A stretch of 63,346 nucleotides of DNA, filler included, from Choristocarpus tenellus KU-1152 (taxonomy: Eukaryota > Protista > Phaeophyceae), in NCBI GenBank assembly GCA_964200185.2. It is 12 parts of 12 records of this genome, joined end to end, with 100 filler letters (N's around TTAATTAATTAA, not from the genome) between each part and the next. Parts side by side here need not be neighbours in the genome. Positions count along the whole stretch, not along the records: positions 60,183 to 63,346 come from CAXNAD020021846.1; 11 more parts are not named here. One strand, given 5' to 3'. Positions 62,151 through 63,346 of this stretch are shown piece after piece. A program made the position numbers and the translations under genes. Below the pieces are notes generated by a model that worked only from the letters and a program-made list of their open reading frames with translations, did no database searches and was not told the DNA's origin. Position 1 is the stretch's first letter. Each line of letters begins with the position of its first letter.

Positions 62151-63060
62151 CCCAGCCCCCTCTAGTTCTCATCATTCACGAAAATGAACCCGACTTCGTC
62201 ACGACACAATACGTCCGTCATGTATGGTAGACTATGTAGACTATGTAGTCCAAGTCTGACAAAAGTAGTAGACTTTTTTGGTATTTTTGTTTTTATTTTT
62301 GTTATATATTAATGGAGGTAGAGATGGAATCACTCACTGTTTTGTGATCTTTTCATTTGTACCCTCATTCAACTTGAACTATCATAGACCTCCACATGTA
62401 GTTTAGAGGAACTAAACACCCTCCACCTGCATCATTATTATTTTCTGAGTACACAGTAGTAAGTCACAAAGTACTTCAAGTGGAACGTATGAACTTTGAG
62501 GTAGTAGTTCAATAACAAGCGTCTTTATAGTTCGACATTCATCCGACCATTCGTCACACACCCACAATAGAATATCCTAGAACCTTTGTCACCACTTTGT
62601 TTTTATTGTTCAGTGATGGGTAAGGACAGGTACACGTACCCTTCTGTTGTGTTTGCCACAATTTATGATGAAGTTCGTCTACTTGAAGGAGAATATGACG
62701 TCAACCAAGTTTAAAACTTGATGTTTTAATTGTGTATCAAGCGTTCCTTTGATGGAACCTGACAGAGGCCACCTGACTATATGTGAATGTTTTGCATTAC
62801 ATTTTTTTGCAGTCAAATTTCAAGTCAGTTGTCGGTTTCAGATTTTCACTTACACATTGATGATACTAATAATATATGGTATACACAATTCAAGTTATTT
62901 GCGGTTGTTTCACAAAACAAAACAAAATACAGATGAAACACCATTTTACGGAGGCACCCCACCTCTCACACCGTTCTCGATCGTCCCAAATTCAGCTAAT
63001 TCCTACAGACTCTGAAGCTACGAGAAGGTGTACCCAAAGCAAGAAGAAGTGCGAAGAAAG

Positions 63061-63186
63061 ATGGTGAAGACTCGAGCACAGACAAAGACGACTTACGATT
63101 CTGTCGCTGACAATCTACAAGTCAGCTCCTTCGTGGAACCCAGTACGAGCAGGGTTCGGCGCAAGGTCAATAAGGTCGCGCCCGAG
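63061..63186 (+). CDS. Possible first coding exon of an unknown gene
   Basis: ATG-started MVKTRAQTKTTYDSVADNLQVSSFVEPSTSRVRRKVNKVAPE ending at GAG|gttagt, in a CpG-rich patch like other 5' exons in this window. No recognisable homology. Confidence 0.3.
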
Positions 63187-63192
63187 GTTAGT

Positions 63193-63346
63193 GGGCCAAA
63201 GTATCTTAGGGGGGGGGTGTCGGCGTCCGTTTTTCACTCTCTTTCGAGGTTCCCTTTTTGGTGTGATTTGGCCAAATCAAAGTATCTTGGAGGGGGGGGG
63301 GGGGTTTTGGGGGGGGGGGCCGGTTCGGGTCAAAAACTCCTTTTTT
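63193..63346. mobile_element. Two successive left termini of CAAAGTATCT-family MITEs at the window end
   Basis: gggccaaagtatcttagggggggggtgtcggcgtccg... and a second tcaaagtatcttggaggggg at ~63277. Confidence 0.75.

Overview
Eukaryotic nuclear DNA, not a prokaryotic locus. The window is 12 draft contigs joined by artificial 100-bp N spacers carrying TTAATTAATTAA, so adjacency across spacers is meaningless. GT-AG introns, a mitochondrion-targeted TPI, TTAGGG repeats and gene content point to a photosynthetic stramenopile, probably a brown alga or close relative (inference). Genes: 12 exons of PRP8 (partial), a PPR protein (3 exons), tRNA-Ala(CGC), mitochondrial TPI (likely the 5' part of a TPI-GAPDH fusion), an unknown protein with exon-encoded C-x-H...C-x2-C modules, a complete TTC4/Cns1 gene, a >4.6-kb exon of UBR4/BIG, and a PAPS-dependent sulfotransferase. 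Mobile DNA: decayed CRE-like non-LTR elements, a chromodomain-bearing Ty3/gypsy element, hAT and piggyBac-like relics, foldback MITEs, and an abundant MITE family with GRNYCAAAGTATCT termini that sits at many contig ends. Most striking: the last visible PRP8 intron starts with a ~260-bp patch of apparently Rickettsiales-like bacterial DNA (an Rpn nuclease fragment joined back-to-back to a group II intron RT fragment) flanked by a 7-bp direct repeat. All family assignments come from motif recognition by eye, not database searches.
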